Source of the DNA: Flavobacteriaceae bacterium | GTDB lineage: Bacteria; Bacteroidota; Bacteroidia; Flavobacteriales; Flavobacteriaceae | Direction: 5' to 3' | Length of the DNA stretch: 64,000 bases | Assembly (NCBI GenBank): GCA_041689245.1 | Contig: JBDNGO010000115.1 | Span: forward strand, 2,085-66,084 | Shown here: positions 20,193 to 29,459 of the stretch, in pieces | Position numbering within the stretch: position 1 is the stretch's first letter | How the letters are laid out: every line of letters starts with the position of its first letter | Translations under genes and position numbers: made by a program | Notes under the pieces: model-generated | What the model was told of the DNA's origin: nothing | What the model saw: only the letters and a program-made list of their open reading frames with translations | Database searches by the model: none

Positions 20193-20666
20193 TTATGCCC
20201 AAAAACGATATGGATATTTACTCAATGAAGAATTGTAATATTTTATTTCTCCAGTAACTTCTTTTCCTAGCCAATCTGGTTTTGAAAATTTTTCATCTTC
20301 TTTTGTTAATTCAATTTCTGCAACTATTAAACCAGAATTGACGTCAAGAAACTCATCAACTTCAAAAATATGATTGTTCTCTTTGATATAATATCGGTAT
20401 TTTTCTATTGCAGTTTTTTCGGTTAAAAGCATTAATTTTTCAGCCTCTAAAACAGGAATTTCCTTTTCCCATTCAAAACGAATAGTTCCAGCTATATTTG
20501 ATTTTCCTTTAATTGTGATAAACGCAGCATCTTCTATAATTCTAACACGAACAGTTCTTTCTTTATCAGAATTTAAAAATCCTTGTTTAATGTGCTTTTT
20601 TTTAAACGCTTTTAATTTAAAAGAATCGTTTTTTACTAAAAATTTTCTTTCTATTTCTAGATTCAT
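20193..20666 (-). CDS. CYTH-domain protein (CyaB/ThTPase-like triphosphate tunnel enzyme)
   Basis: The diagnostic N-terminal EIERKFLV (ExExK) motif. 157 aa, which is the typical size. Confidence 0.75.
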   Translation of the reverse strand: MNLEIERKFLVKNDSFKLKAFKKKHIKQGFLNSDKERTVRVRIIEDAAFITIKGKSNIAGTIRFEWEKEIPVLEAEKLMLLTEKTAIEKYRYYIKENNHIFEVDEFLDVNSGLIVAEIELTKEDEKFSKPDWLGKEVTGEIKYYNSSLSKYPYRFWA

Positions 20667-20728
20667 TTATTTGCTGTTAAATTTGCACTAATGTATTGTT
20701 TTTTATCGTTATTGTTACAATTATTAGA

Positions 20729-20736
20729 TACCTTTG
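20729..20736 (+). promoter_or_regulatory. TAnnTTTG (-7) box upstream of the PorZ-like gene
   Basis: TACCTTTG ends 20 nt before the ATG at 20757. A second box, TAAATTTG, lies at 20678-20685. Confidence 0.35.
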
Positions 20737-20756
20737 AAATATAAAAACGCTTCTAT

Positions 20757-23081
20757 ATGAAGAAAAACATATTATTTTTTTCACTATTAACTCCTTTTTT
20801 TTTATTTTCTCAAACAGATTTTAGCAGTCGTTGGGAAGATTTTTTTTCCTACAATAGTGTTAAGGATTTTATTGCTGTAGATGACAAGATTTACGCCCTT
20901 ACAGATAACGCGGTTTTTATTTATGATACAAATTCTAAAGAAACACAAAAGCGGTCTTCTATAAATGGTCTTTCTGGAGAAACCACTTCTGCAATTCACT
21001 TTAATACTTCTAATAGAAGATTGGTAATTGGTTATGAAACAGGTCTGATAGAGGTTTTAAATGAAGACGGAACAATTAAAATTTCTGCAGATATTGTTAA
21101 TTTTAATCAATCTGGAGAAAAACGAATTAACCACATTTCTGAATTCAATAACAAACTATATATTTCTACACCTTTTGCAATCGTTGTTTACGATATTAAT
21201 AAATTAGAATTTGGTGACACGTATTTTATTGGAGAAAACTCTACATCTGTAAGAATTAATCAAACATTAATTGCAAACAATCAAATTTATGCAGCAACAG
21301 AAAACGGAATTTATGTTGCAAGTTTATCAAATCCAAATTTGATAGATTTTAATAATTGGCCTCTTTTATTTGCGGGTAATTATTCAAATATCATTCGATT
21401 TAACGCATTAATTTACGCATCAATTGGTACTGACTTAATTAAAATAAATGGATCCAATTCAACCGTAGAAAAAAGATTTCCAACCCCAATTAAAAAGCTA
21501 AAAATCAACGGACAAAGTTTAATTGTTACATCAGAATTAGAGGCAACGGTTTTAGACACAAATTTAACAGAGGTTTATAAAAGCACACCAACAGTTGATT
21601 ATAATTTTACCTTAAATAACGCATCTTCATTTGGCAATGATTTATTCTTAGCAACAAATGAATACGGCATTTTACAAATCCCTTTTTCTGGAAATCAAGT
21701 TTTTACAGAAATTCACCCAAAAGGACCACTTTCTAATAGTGTTTTTTCTATGGATGCTTTAAATAAGAATATTTGGTTTGTTTATGGAGGCTATAGTTCT
21801 GCCTATGTTCCAACAGGAAATTTAAAAGGATATAGTCATTATAATGGATTAGAATGGAAAAACACCGCATTTACATCTGCTTTTCCTATTTACGACTTGG
21901 TATATGTAACGATAGACCCAAATTATGATAATAGAGTTTTTATAAGTTCTTTTTCTGACACAACTTCAGGAAACATATTATCTGGTGGCGGATTGTTAGA
22001 GGTTGTAGATGATCAAATAATTAATTTTTATAACTCAAAAAATAGTCCTTTAGAAGATCTTTTTCCGAATGATCTAAACAGAATAACAACAAGAATTAAC
22101 GGAACAACTTTCGATAACCAGGGAAATCTTTGGGTTACAGATGTTCTTGCTATAAACAAACTTAAAAAGCTTTCTTCGGGCGGAATTTGGCAATCTTTTG
22201 ATTTAAGAAGCATCCAAACAAATAAAGCGGAAGAGCTAAATACAATTAGGGTTGATAAATCGAATAGCCTATGGATTGGTACAAGAAGAAATGGAGCTTA
22301 TGTGTTTAACCAAACAGGTGATAGAAAAAGAGCACTAACAACAGAACCAACAAAAGGAAATTTACCGCACGCAAATGTTAGAACAATTGCTGTAGATAGA
22401 AATAATAAAATTTGGCTAGGAACACAATCTGGATTAGCTGTATTTTATAATGCAAATGGTCTTTTTGATGCATCAATTTACGATGCAGAACCGATTATTA
22501 TTTTAGATGACGGAATTCCTAAAAAGCTATTAGGAAACCAAACAATTAACTCGATTGCTGTTGACGGAGCAGATAATAAGTGGTTCGGAACGGATAATGG
22601 TGGAGTTTTATACACAAATCCAAGTGGACAAAAAACGCTGGCTAGTTTTAACAAAGACAATTCTCCTTTACCGTCAAATAAAATATTAAATATTAGTGTA
22701 GATATTACCAACGGTAAAGTATATTTTGCTACAGATAAAGGAATTGTAGCTTACAAGAGTAATGTTGCAAGTTTTGGAGAAACTTTAGAAGAAGTCTATG
22801 CATATCCTAATCCTGCGCTAAAAAACCATCAAACAATTACCATCGATGGGAAAAACGGGAATCATTTACCAAACGGGATAAATGTTAAAATTTTAGATGT
22901 TGCAGGCAATTTAGTTTACGAAACAAATGTAGTTGAAGGGCAAGAAATTCAAGGAGGAAAAGTGGTTTGGAACAAAACAAATTTAGCAGGTCAAAAAGTG
23001 GCTTCTGGTATTTATATTGTTTTGCTCTCAAATGACGATGCATCTGAAACAACAACTACTAAAATTGCAATCATAAATTAA
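20757..23081 (+). CDS. Secreted double beta-propeller protein with T9SS C-terminal sorting domain (PorZ-like)
   Basis: Signal peptide, then repeated two-component-regulator-propeller motifs (SLWIGTRRNGAYVF, NKIWLGTQSGLAVF, NKWFGTDNGGVLY, GKVYFATDKGIVAY). The C-terminus is type-A CTD-like (YAYPNP...VKILDVAGNLVY...ASGIYIVLL...KIAIIN). Confidence 0.55.
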   Translation: MKKNILFFSLLTPFFLFSQTDFSSRWEDFFSYNSVKDFIAVDDKIYALTDNAVFIYDTNSKETQKRSSINGLSGETTSAIHFNTSNRRLVIGYETGLIEVLNEDGTIKISADIVNFNQSGEKRINHISEFNNKLYISTPFAIVVYDINKLEFGDTYFIGENSTSVRINQTLIANNQIYAATENGIYVASLSNPNLIDFNNWPLLFAGNYSNIIRFNALIYASIGTDLIKINGSNSTVEKRFPTPIKKLKINGQSLIVTSELEATVLDTNLTEVYKSTPTVDYNFTLNNASSFGNDLFLATNEYGILQIPFSGNQVFTEIHPKGPLSNSVFSMDALNKNIWFVYGGYSSAYVPTGNLKGYSHYNGLEWKNTAFTSAFPIYDLVYVTIDPNYDNRVFISSFSDTTSGNILSGGGLLEVVDDQIINFYNSKNSPLEDLFPNDLNRITTRINGTTFDNQGNLWVTDVLAINKLKKLSSGGIWQSFDLRSIQTNKAEELNTIRVDKSNSLWIGTRRNGAYVFNQTGDRKRALTTEPTKGNLPHANVRTIAVDRNNKIWLGTQSGLAVFYNANGLFDASIYDAEPIIILDDGIPKKLLGNQTINSIAVDGADNKWFGTDNGGVLYTNPSGQKTLASFNKDNSPLPSNKILNISVDITNGKVYFATDKGIVAYKSNVASFGETLEEVYAYPNPALKNHQTITIDGKNGNHLPNGINVKILDVAGNLVYETNVVEGQEIQGGKVVWNKTNLAGQKVASGIYIVLLSNDDASETTTTKIAIIN

Positions 23082-23803
23082 TGGCGCTGATTAAAACAAA
23101 AGCAATTGTGTTAAGTTCTTTAAAATACGGAGACACAAGTTTAATTGTTAGATGTTTTACTCAAGAAGACGGCTTAAAAGCTTATTTATTAAAAGGGGTT
23201 TTAAGTTCTAAAAAAGGAAAAATAAAAGCAGCCTATTTTCAGCCCTTAACGCAATTAAACATAGAAGCAAATCACAATAAAAAAGGAACCCTAAACAGCA
23301 TTAGAGAAGTTCATGTTGTAAATCCATATACCAATATTTATACGAATATTTTTAAGCAAACAATTGTATTATTTTTATCAGAAATATTAAGCAGCACAAT
23401 ACAAGAAGAAGAATCAAATGAGTCTCTTTTTTCTTTTTTAGAAACTTCATTTATTTGGTTAGATACAAATGAAAAAACGTCAAACTTTCATTTACTTTTT
23501 TTATTAAACCTAACTAAATTTTTAGGGTTCTACCCAAACACAACAAATATCAATTATACTTATTTTAATTTAATAGATGGAAATTTTACAGAATCAACAA
23601 CAGAAAAAGAAGTTGTTTTTGGGGATAATTTATTTCAATTTAAAAAGCTGTTGGGCACAAATTTTGATGGTATAGAATCTATAAAATTTAACCAACAAGA
23701 AAGACAACAAGTATTGCAAATAATAATTCGTTATTTTGAATTACATTTGGACGGTTTTAGAAAACCAAAGTCTTTAAAAGTATTAGAAACAGTCTTTAAC
23801 TGA
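23081..23803 (+). CDS. recO: DNA repair protein RecO
   Basis: 240 aa. The N-terminal OB-fold pattern (KTKAIVLSSLKYGDTSLIVRCFTQEDGL) is typical of RecO. The start overlaps the upstream stop by 1 nt. Confidence 0.8.
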   Translation: MALIKTKAIVLSSLKYGDTSLIVRCFTQEDGLKAYLLKGVLSSKKGKIKAAYFQPLTQLNIEANHNKKGTLNSIREVHVVNPYTNIYTNIFKQTIVLFLSEILSSTIQEEESNESLFSFLETSFIWLDTNEKTSNFHLLFLLNLTKFLGFYPNTTNINYTYFNLIDGNFTESTTEKEVVFGDNLFQFKKLLGTNFDGIESIKFNQQERQQVLQIIIRYFELHLDGFRKPKSLKVLETVFN

Positions 23804-26259
23804 TGAAGAAAATTTTTACCTTATTAATTGCTTTTTATAGCATTACAAGTTTTACGCAAAAAATTAAAGTTATAGATGATGAAACAGATTTTCCTATAGG
23901 CGAAGTTGCTATTTATAATAAAAACTTAACGATTTCTACGATTACAAATGATGATGGAATTGCAGATATTTCTAATTTTAATAAAACAGATATTCTGCTA
24001 ATTTCTCACGTTTCTTACTCAGCATTTAATACCACGTTGGAAGATTTAAAAAGTAAAAACTTTATTATAAAATTAATTAAGAAAACGGCGCAATTGGATG
24101 AGATTGTTTTGTTTATATTTAAAAAACAAGAAAAATCTACACGTATAGCAGAACAAACAATTGCAATTACTAGAGAAGATATTTTAAAAGAATCTCCACA
24201 AACATCTGCAGACTTATTAGCTTCTATTCCTGGAATTAAAGTTCAAAAATCTCAATTTGGTGGAGGAAGTCCTGTTTTAAGAGGAATGGAATCTAACAGA
24301 GTTTTATTGGTTGTTGATGGCGTTAGAATGAACAATGCAATTTACAGAAAAGGACATTTACAAAATTCAATTACCATTTCGCCTTCATTATTAGAACGAA
24401 CAGAAATTGTATTTGGACCTTCTTCTGTAATTTACGGATCTGATGCTTTAGGCGGGGTAATTCATTATTATACTAAAACACCAAAAACATCAGAAATTCC
24501 AAAAGTAAAAAGTAATTTCTTTTCTAGATTTGGGTCTGTAAATCAAGAAATAACAACAAATCTTTCAGCAGAATTTAGCTTTAAAAAATGGGCATCATTT
24601 ACCAGCTATTCTCAAAGTTCTTTTGGAGATTTAAAAATGGGGAAAAAAAGGAATGATGGATTTAAAGACTGGGGATTAGTTCCGTATTTCTCAGAAAACA
24701 TTGATGCAAATTATGCCGCCAATCCAACTGTAAATTCAGACCCAAATATTCAAAGAAATACAGGATATGAACAAAAAGATTTTTTACAAAAATTCTACAT
24801 TCCGTTTTCAAACAAAACGAATGTAACAGTTAATTTACAATATTCAACTTCTTCTGACATCCCAAGATTTGATAGATTGACTGAGCTAAAAGCTGGTTCA
24901 TTAAAGTTTGCAGAATGGTATTATGGGCCACAAGACCGTTTTTTAGTATCTACACAACTTTCTATCAAACCTGAAAAAAAATGGTTAGATCGTGGAACTT
25001 TTACGGGGTCTTATCAGAACATTAAAGAATCAAGAGTTCAAAGAAAATTTCACGATTTAAAACGATTGTATAGAAATGAAGAGATAGATGTTTACACGTT
25101 AAATGGAGATTTTTCAGTGCTTTTAACAAACGAAAAAAACAGAAATTTATCTTATGGTTTTGAAGTGACCTATAATGATGTAATATCAATTCCTAAAGGG
25201 AAAAAGATTGCTGTATCAAGTAATAAAGTAGTTGGTTTTTCTGGAGATTTTAAAGTGCAATCACGTTTTCCTGATGGCGGAAGCAGCTACACAAGTTCGG
25301 CAATTTATACAGATTATAGACAAGACATAGGTTCAAAATCTACTTTAAATACAGGAATTCGATTAACGACCACGAGGTTAAATGCAAAATGGATTGATCA
25401 AACTTTTATTGTTTTACCAAAAACCGAAATAGAACTTAATAACACCGCTTTAACCGCAACAATTGGGTATGTATATAAGCCAACAAAAACTTGGCAAATC
25501 AATAGCGTTCTTTCTTCTGGGTTTCGTTCTCCGAACATAGACGATGTTGGTAAAATAAGAGAAAAAAGCGGAGATGTAACTATCCCAAATGTTGAGCTAA
25601 AACCAGAGTTTGCATACAATGCAGAAATCGGGATTTTAAAGTTTTTTAATCAAAGAAGATTTAGTTTTGGATTTAATACATATTACACAATTTTAGATAA
25701 TTATATAACAAGAGAAGCAGATGGAAATACTATTTTGTATGATGGAGAAATAGGAAATGTTGTTAAAAACAGGAATAAAGGAAGAGCTTATATTACAGGT
25801 TATACAGCCAATTATTTTGGAAGAATAAACCATAATTGGAAAACTTCTGGGTTTATTACATATACAAAAGGAAGAACATTTGACACACAAGAACCAATGT
25901 CTTCGATACCGCCATTGTTTGGTAAATTAGAAATTAGTTACAGAAAAAATAAATTAGAAATTTCTGCGGATTACAGATTTAACACAAAAAAAGATATTAA
26001 AGACTACAATCTTTCTGAAGGAATTGACAATCAAGTTGAAACTCCAATTATCAATCCAAATGCTACAAATGATGTTGATAAATACTTTGGAACGCCAAGC
26101 TGGAAAACAATTGGTTTAAATGGAAAATATGATGTGACTCAGAATTTTTGGGTTCAAGGAAAAATATCAAATCTTTTTGATGAACATTATAAAGAATTTG
26201 CATCAGGAGTTTCTGCTCCAGGAAGAAATTTTTCAGTAGCAATTCAGGCTACTTTTTAA
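23803..26259 (+). CDS. TonB-dependent receptor with N-terminal carboxypeptidase-regulatory-like domain
   Basis: Signal peptide and plug motifs (IPGIKVQKSQFGGGSPVLRGMESNRVLLVVDGVRMNN), a long beta-barrel, and a C-terminal ...AIQATF. Confidence 0.9.
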   Translation: MKKIFTLLIAFYSITSFTQKIKVIDDETDFPIGEVAIYNKNLTISTITNDDGIADISNFNKTDILLISHVSYSAFNTTLEDLKSKNFIIKLIKKTAQLDEIVLFIFKKQEKSTRIAEQTIAITREDILKESPQTSADLLASIPGIKVQKSQFGGGSPVLRGMESNRVLLVVDGVRMNNAIYRKGHLQNSITISPSLLERTEIVFGPSSVIYGSDALGGVIHYYTKTPKTSEIPKVKSNFFSRFGSVNQEITTNLSAEFSFKKWASFTSYSQSSFGDLKMGKKRNDGFKDWGLVPYFSENIDANYAANPTVNSDPNIQRNTGYEQKDFLQKFYIPFSNKTNVTVNLQYSTSSDIPRFDRLTELKAGSLKFAEWYYGPQDRFLVSTQLSIKPEKKWLDRGTFTGSYQNIKESRVQRKFHDLKRLYRNEEIDVYTLNGDFSVLLTNEKNRNLSYGFEVTYNDVISIPKGKKIAVSSNKVVGFSGDFKVQSRFPDGGSSYTSSAIYTDYRQDIGSKSTLNTGIRLTTTRLNAKWIDQTFIVLPKTEIELNNTALTATIGYVYKPTKTWQINSVLSSGFRSPNIDDVGKIREKSGDVTIPNVELKPEFAYNAEIGILKFFNQRRFSFGFNTYYTILDNYITREADGNTILYDGEIGNVVKNRNKGRAYITGYTANYFGRINHNWKTSGFITYTKGRTFDTQEPMSSIPPLFGKLEISYRKNKLEISADYRFNTKKDIKDYNLSEGIDNQVETPIINPNATNDVDKYFGTPSWKTIGLNGKYDVTQNFWVQGKISNLFDEHYKEFASGVSAPGRNFSVAIQATF

Positions 26260-26605
26260 TCTTTATTTTTTCCCCATCACTATCAAAATTTTGAAATAAA
26301 ACCTGTTCCGTTTTAATAACGGAAACCGCTAGAGTCAATAGTAAAACCGCCATTGGTTGCCATGTAATTTCTGCGGATATTAAAAACACTAAAACTAACG
26401 CAGCAACAAATGAAATTGCAGCATATTGTAGCAATGTTTTGTTAAAGAATGTATTAGCAAAATGCCAAACCTCTTCGTTTTTCATTGATTTATTAGTTCT
26501 ATAACCATACAATGAATTTATTTTTTTTGGTGGGAAAAAATAAAAAATAACACTAAATAAAAAAAGCAAACCATTTACCGAAATCACATATACATAAGGA
26601 TTCAT
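26249..26605 (-). CDS. SdpI/YhfL-like small membrane protein
   Basis: 118 aa with 3-4 TM helices and the motif YGYRTNKSMKNEEVWHFAN, characteristic of the SdpI family. Confidence 0.55.
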   Translation of the reverse strand: MNPYVYVISVNGLLFLFSVIFYFFPPKKINSLYGYRTNKSMKNEEVWHFANTFFNKTLLQYAAISFVAALVLVFLISAEITWQPMAVLLLTLAVSVIKTEQVLFQNFDSDGEKIKIKK

Positions 26606-26610
26606 AAGAA

Positions 26611-27477
26611 CTATTTTTTTATGGGTCTAATTAAACCTTCTTGAGCAACAGAAGCAACTAAACCTCCGTTTCTAGAATATATATTTCCTCTTGCAAAACC
26701 TCTAGCTCCAAAAGCACTTGGAGATTCTGTTTTGTACAACATCCAATCGTCTAAATCAAATTCCCTAAAAAACCACATAGAATGATCTAAACTTGCCATT
26801 TGAGTATTACCAAAATTAGCGATGCTGGCGTTCGGGTATAACGTTGAATTTAAAATATTATAATCAGAAATGTACGTTAGAATTTGCTGTTTTAAAGCAA
26901 GGTTTATATTCGTTGTATTTCCTTTGATTTTAAACCAAACATCAGAAAATGGAGGCAAATCTGTTAAATCTAAAGGATTTACAATAAATGTTGGTTTAAA
27001 TTCTATTGGACGTTCAATTTCTAAAAAAGATTTCATTTGTTTAGGTAAAAGATCACCAAACTGATGCAACATCTCACTCCAGCTTAACAAATCTTCAGGC
27101 TGCTTTATGTTGCTTTCTAATTCTTGTTGATGCTCATATCCTTTTTCTTTTTTATGAAATGAAGCGGATAAAATAAAAATTGTTTTATCTTCTTGTTTTG
27201 CAGTAACTCTTCTTGTAGAAAAACTTCCGCCATTTCTAATATTATTGACTAAATAGGTTATTGGCAACTCTAAATTACCAGCTTCTAAAAAATAAGCATG
27301 TAAAGAATGTAAAACACGTTGACTAGGAATACTTTTATTTGCAGCACTTAAAGCTTGCGCTAAAACTTGACCGCCAAAAACATTTGGGCCTCCAATGGTT
27401 TTGCTAATTCCAATAAATTCGTTTTCTGCTTTTTTTTCTAAGGTAAGTATGGCAATTAAATCTTCAATAGATTTCAT
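26611..27477 (-). CDS. tesB: Acyl-CoA thioesterase II
   Basis: 288 aa double hot-dog protein that aligns along its length with TesB: NVFGGQVLAQAL, LHSLHAYFL, IRNGGSFSTRRVTA and SLDHSMWF. Confidence 0.85.
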   Translation of the reverse strand: MKSIEDLIAILTLEKKAENEFIGISKTIGGPNVFGGQVLAQALSAANKSIPSQRVLHSLHAYFLEAGNLELPITYLVNNIRNGGSFSTRRVTAKQEDKTIFILSASFHKKEKGYEHQQELESNIKQPEDLLSWSEMLHQFGDLLPKQMKSFLEIERPIEFKPTFIVNPLDLTDLPPFSDVWFKIKGNTTNINLALKQQILTYISDYNILNSTLYPNASIANFGNTQMASLDHSMWFFREFDLDDWMLYKTESPSAFGARGFARGNIYSRNGGLVASVAQEGLIRPIKK

Positions 27478-27512
27478 AAAATGAATTAATATTTTTACAA
27501 ATATAAAGAGAT

Positions 27513-28712
27513 TTAATCGGTTAAGGTTTTAGATTTAAAAGGTTTTTGCTGTTTAAAAGGTTTGGTTTCTATATAGCTTAAGAAATGTTTTATAAACTTG
27601 TTTGTGATTGATTTTTTATGACGGATATAACAGGTTAAATCTTGTGGAACTGCGCCAATTGAACTTTTAATTCCGCTTGCTGTTCTTCCAAAATTAATCA
27701 CTTTTAATTGTAGACGGATTGCTATTTGAATATAATCATATAACATGCGCTGATAAATCGCTAATTCTTTATTTAAAGAATAATCGATACCAACAAAATG
27801 TGCATCTAAAGAAGTGGTGTTTATGACTCCAGACATAAAACCAACAATTTTATTGTGATACCAATATGTTTTAAAAACATAATTATCGCCTAAGTTCTTT
27901 TTTAAAGACATGTACGTTTCTAGGTTAAAATCGCCTAAATTAAAATCGGCTTTATCAGAAACTGTTTTATATAACTTGGTGATTTCTGGTAACACTATTT
28001 TAATATTTTCAATAGAACTATCTTTAACAACCAAATCAGCACTTAATTTTAGTGCTCGTCTAGCCTTTACTCTAAATTTAGTTTTCATTTCGCTTAAATA
28101 ATCTTCAAAAGTTTGCCAATTCTCATCAATATATAAGGCCATATTTGGTTCTACGTTAAACGAATAATAATTCAAATCGTGCAATTCATTTGTAATTGAC
28201 AATGATTCTTTTATAAAATCTTTTAGTAAATAAATAGAAATATCTTTTGTGGTTGTTTGAGTAGAAATAGCTTTTGCTAATTTTTTTATAACTTCTTGTT
28301 TGTTTTGATTTTCTTTGATAAAAACTCCGTGCTCACCACTCACAAAAACATTTCCACAAACTAATAATTTTATCGGCTTTAACTTCGGAAAAACCCCTAA
28401 TCGTCTTCCAAAACATTTTAATTGATGAAAGTTTTTGTTTAAAGAACTCTCAATTCCGTCTAAAGGAAAATCAATAATTTGGATACTCGCAAAAGCAATT
28501 GGAGACTTTTCTTTATTTAACAATACCAAATAAGAAAAAATAATCTGAGGGTTGTTTTCTTCCAAAGAAATCAAATAGTAAGGATGAAAATATATATTAC
28601 TATCACATTGTAATTCATTCCAAATATTTTCAGGAATTTCTGCTACAGAAGAAAAAAAAAGTGCGGTATTCGTATTTTTATAAAAACTCAAATGTCCTAG
28701 GTTGTTTAACAA
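27513..28712 (-). CDS. FemAB-like / GNAT-fold acyltransferase family protein (BioF2-like domain)
   Basis: 399-aa soluble protein whose C-terminal half resembles the FemAB-like acetyltransferase fold (FKTYWYHNKIVGFMSGV...AHFVGIDY...MLYDYIQ). This is a weak, motif-level call. Confidence 0.45.
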   Translation of the reverse strand: MLNNLGHLSFYKNTNTALFFSSVAEIPENIWNELQCDSNIYFHPYYLISLEENNPQIIFSYLVLLNKEKSPIAFASIQIIDFPLDGIESSLNKNFHQLKCFGRRLGVFPKLKPIKLLVCGNVFVSGEHGVFIKENQNKQEVIKKLAKAISTQTTTKDISIYLLKDFIKESLSITNELHDLNYYSFNVEPNMALYIDENWQTFEDYLSEMKTKFRVKARRALKLSADLVVKDSSIENIKIVLPEITKLYKTVSDKADFNLGDFNLETYMSLKKNLGDNYVFKTYWYHNKIVGFMSGVINTTSLDAHFVGIDYSLNKELAIYQRMLYDYIQIAIRLQLKVINFGRTASGIKSSIGAVPQDLTCYIRHKKSITNKFIKHFLSYIETKPFKQQKPFKSKTLTD

Positions 28713-28882
28713 TCGAAAAATACAAAAAGAAAATCAACCACATAAGTAGTTTACATAATCTTTTGCTAATTAAAAAAAGATAAATATAGTTGTACTTTTA
28801 TCAATCTAAACAACAATATTGCCGTTAGTTATACTATTAATGTCTATAGATAAGAAGAAAATCAAAGAATTTCCTATTGTAC

Positions 28883-28917
28883 AAAGCCCTAGAGTTTACT
28901 TTAGGGCTTTTCTTTTT
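28883..28917 (+). terminator. Orphan intrinsic-terminator-like hairpin in the marR upstream region
   Basis: 9-bp stem AAAGCCCTA (28883-28891) / TAGGGCTTT (28902-28910) with a 10-nt loop, followed by TCTTTTTAC. No annotated + strand gene ends here. Confidence 0.45.
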
Positions 28918-28952
28918 ACTAATCTTAACTATTTTTTAACTAAAACATATAA

Positions 28953-28968
28953 AGTTGCACGTGCAACT
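28953..28968. promoter_or_regulatory. 16-bp perfect palindrome: MarR operator candidate and/or a third parS-like site
   Basis: AGTTGCACGTGCAACT, whose inner 14 bp fits GTTNCACGTGNAAC. It lies 18 nt upstream of the marR ATG and just 5' of a TAnnTTTG box (28974-28981). Confidence 0.4.
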
Positions 28969-28985
28969 AATAGTATTTTTGCACA

Positions 28986-29450
28986 ATGAAATCTAAAGAA
29001 ACTGAAATTGATTTTGAAAACTCAATAGGCCCTTGGTTAGGTAGAACTATCAAGGTGATTGATTATTACCTAGATGAATCTATCAAGTCAGAAAAGTTAG
29101 ATGTAACAAAAGAGCAAATCATTATTTTAAAAAACCTCTTTTTAAATGATGGTATTAACCAAAACGAACTTGCCTGTTTAACTTTTCGAGATAAATCTTC
29201 TTTAACTAGACTTTTAGTAAAAATGGAAAAGAAGAACTATATACAACGAAAAAAAAGCAAAGAAGACAAGCGAATAAATAACGTTTTTATTACATCATTA
29301 GGAAAAGAGATGTTTGTTAAAACCAGACCAATTATTAAAAAAATAATGGATACAATGGAAACAAATATTTCTAAAAAAGAAGAGCAAGTAATGATTTCAC
29401 TATTAAAAAAGATTCAATCCAATTTTGGGTTAACTATACAGACTTTATAA
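28986..29450 (+). CDS. MarR-family transcriptional regulator
   Basis: 154 aa with a winged-helix core (INQNELACLTFRDKSSLTRLLVKMEKKNYIQRKKSKEDKRINNVFITSLG). It is the first gene of the efflux operon. Confidence 0.8.
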   Translation: MKSKETEIDFENSIGPWLGRTIKVIDYYLDESIKSEKLDVTKEQIIILKNLFLNDGINQNELACLTFRDKSSLTRLLVKMEKKNYIQRKKSKEDKRINNVFITSLGKEMFVKTRPIIKKIMDTMETNISKKEEQVMISLLKKIQSNFGLTIQTL

Positions 29451-29459
29451 CTAATTAGC

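Noticed and set aside
28840-28989. 49-codon ORF (MSIDKKKIKEFPIVQSPRVYFRAFLF...) that ends on the marR ATG.
   Set aside because: It reads straight through a terminator hairpin and the 16-bp palindrome, and its hydrophobic and odd composition is typical of translated AT-rich non-coding DNA. I mention it only under the small-transcript finding.
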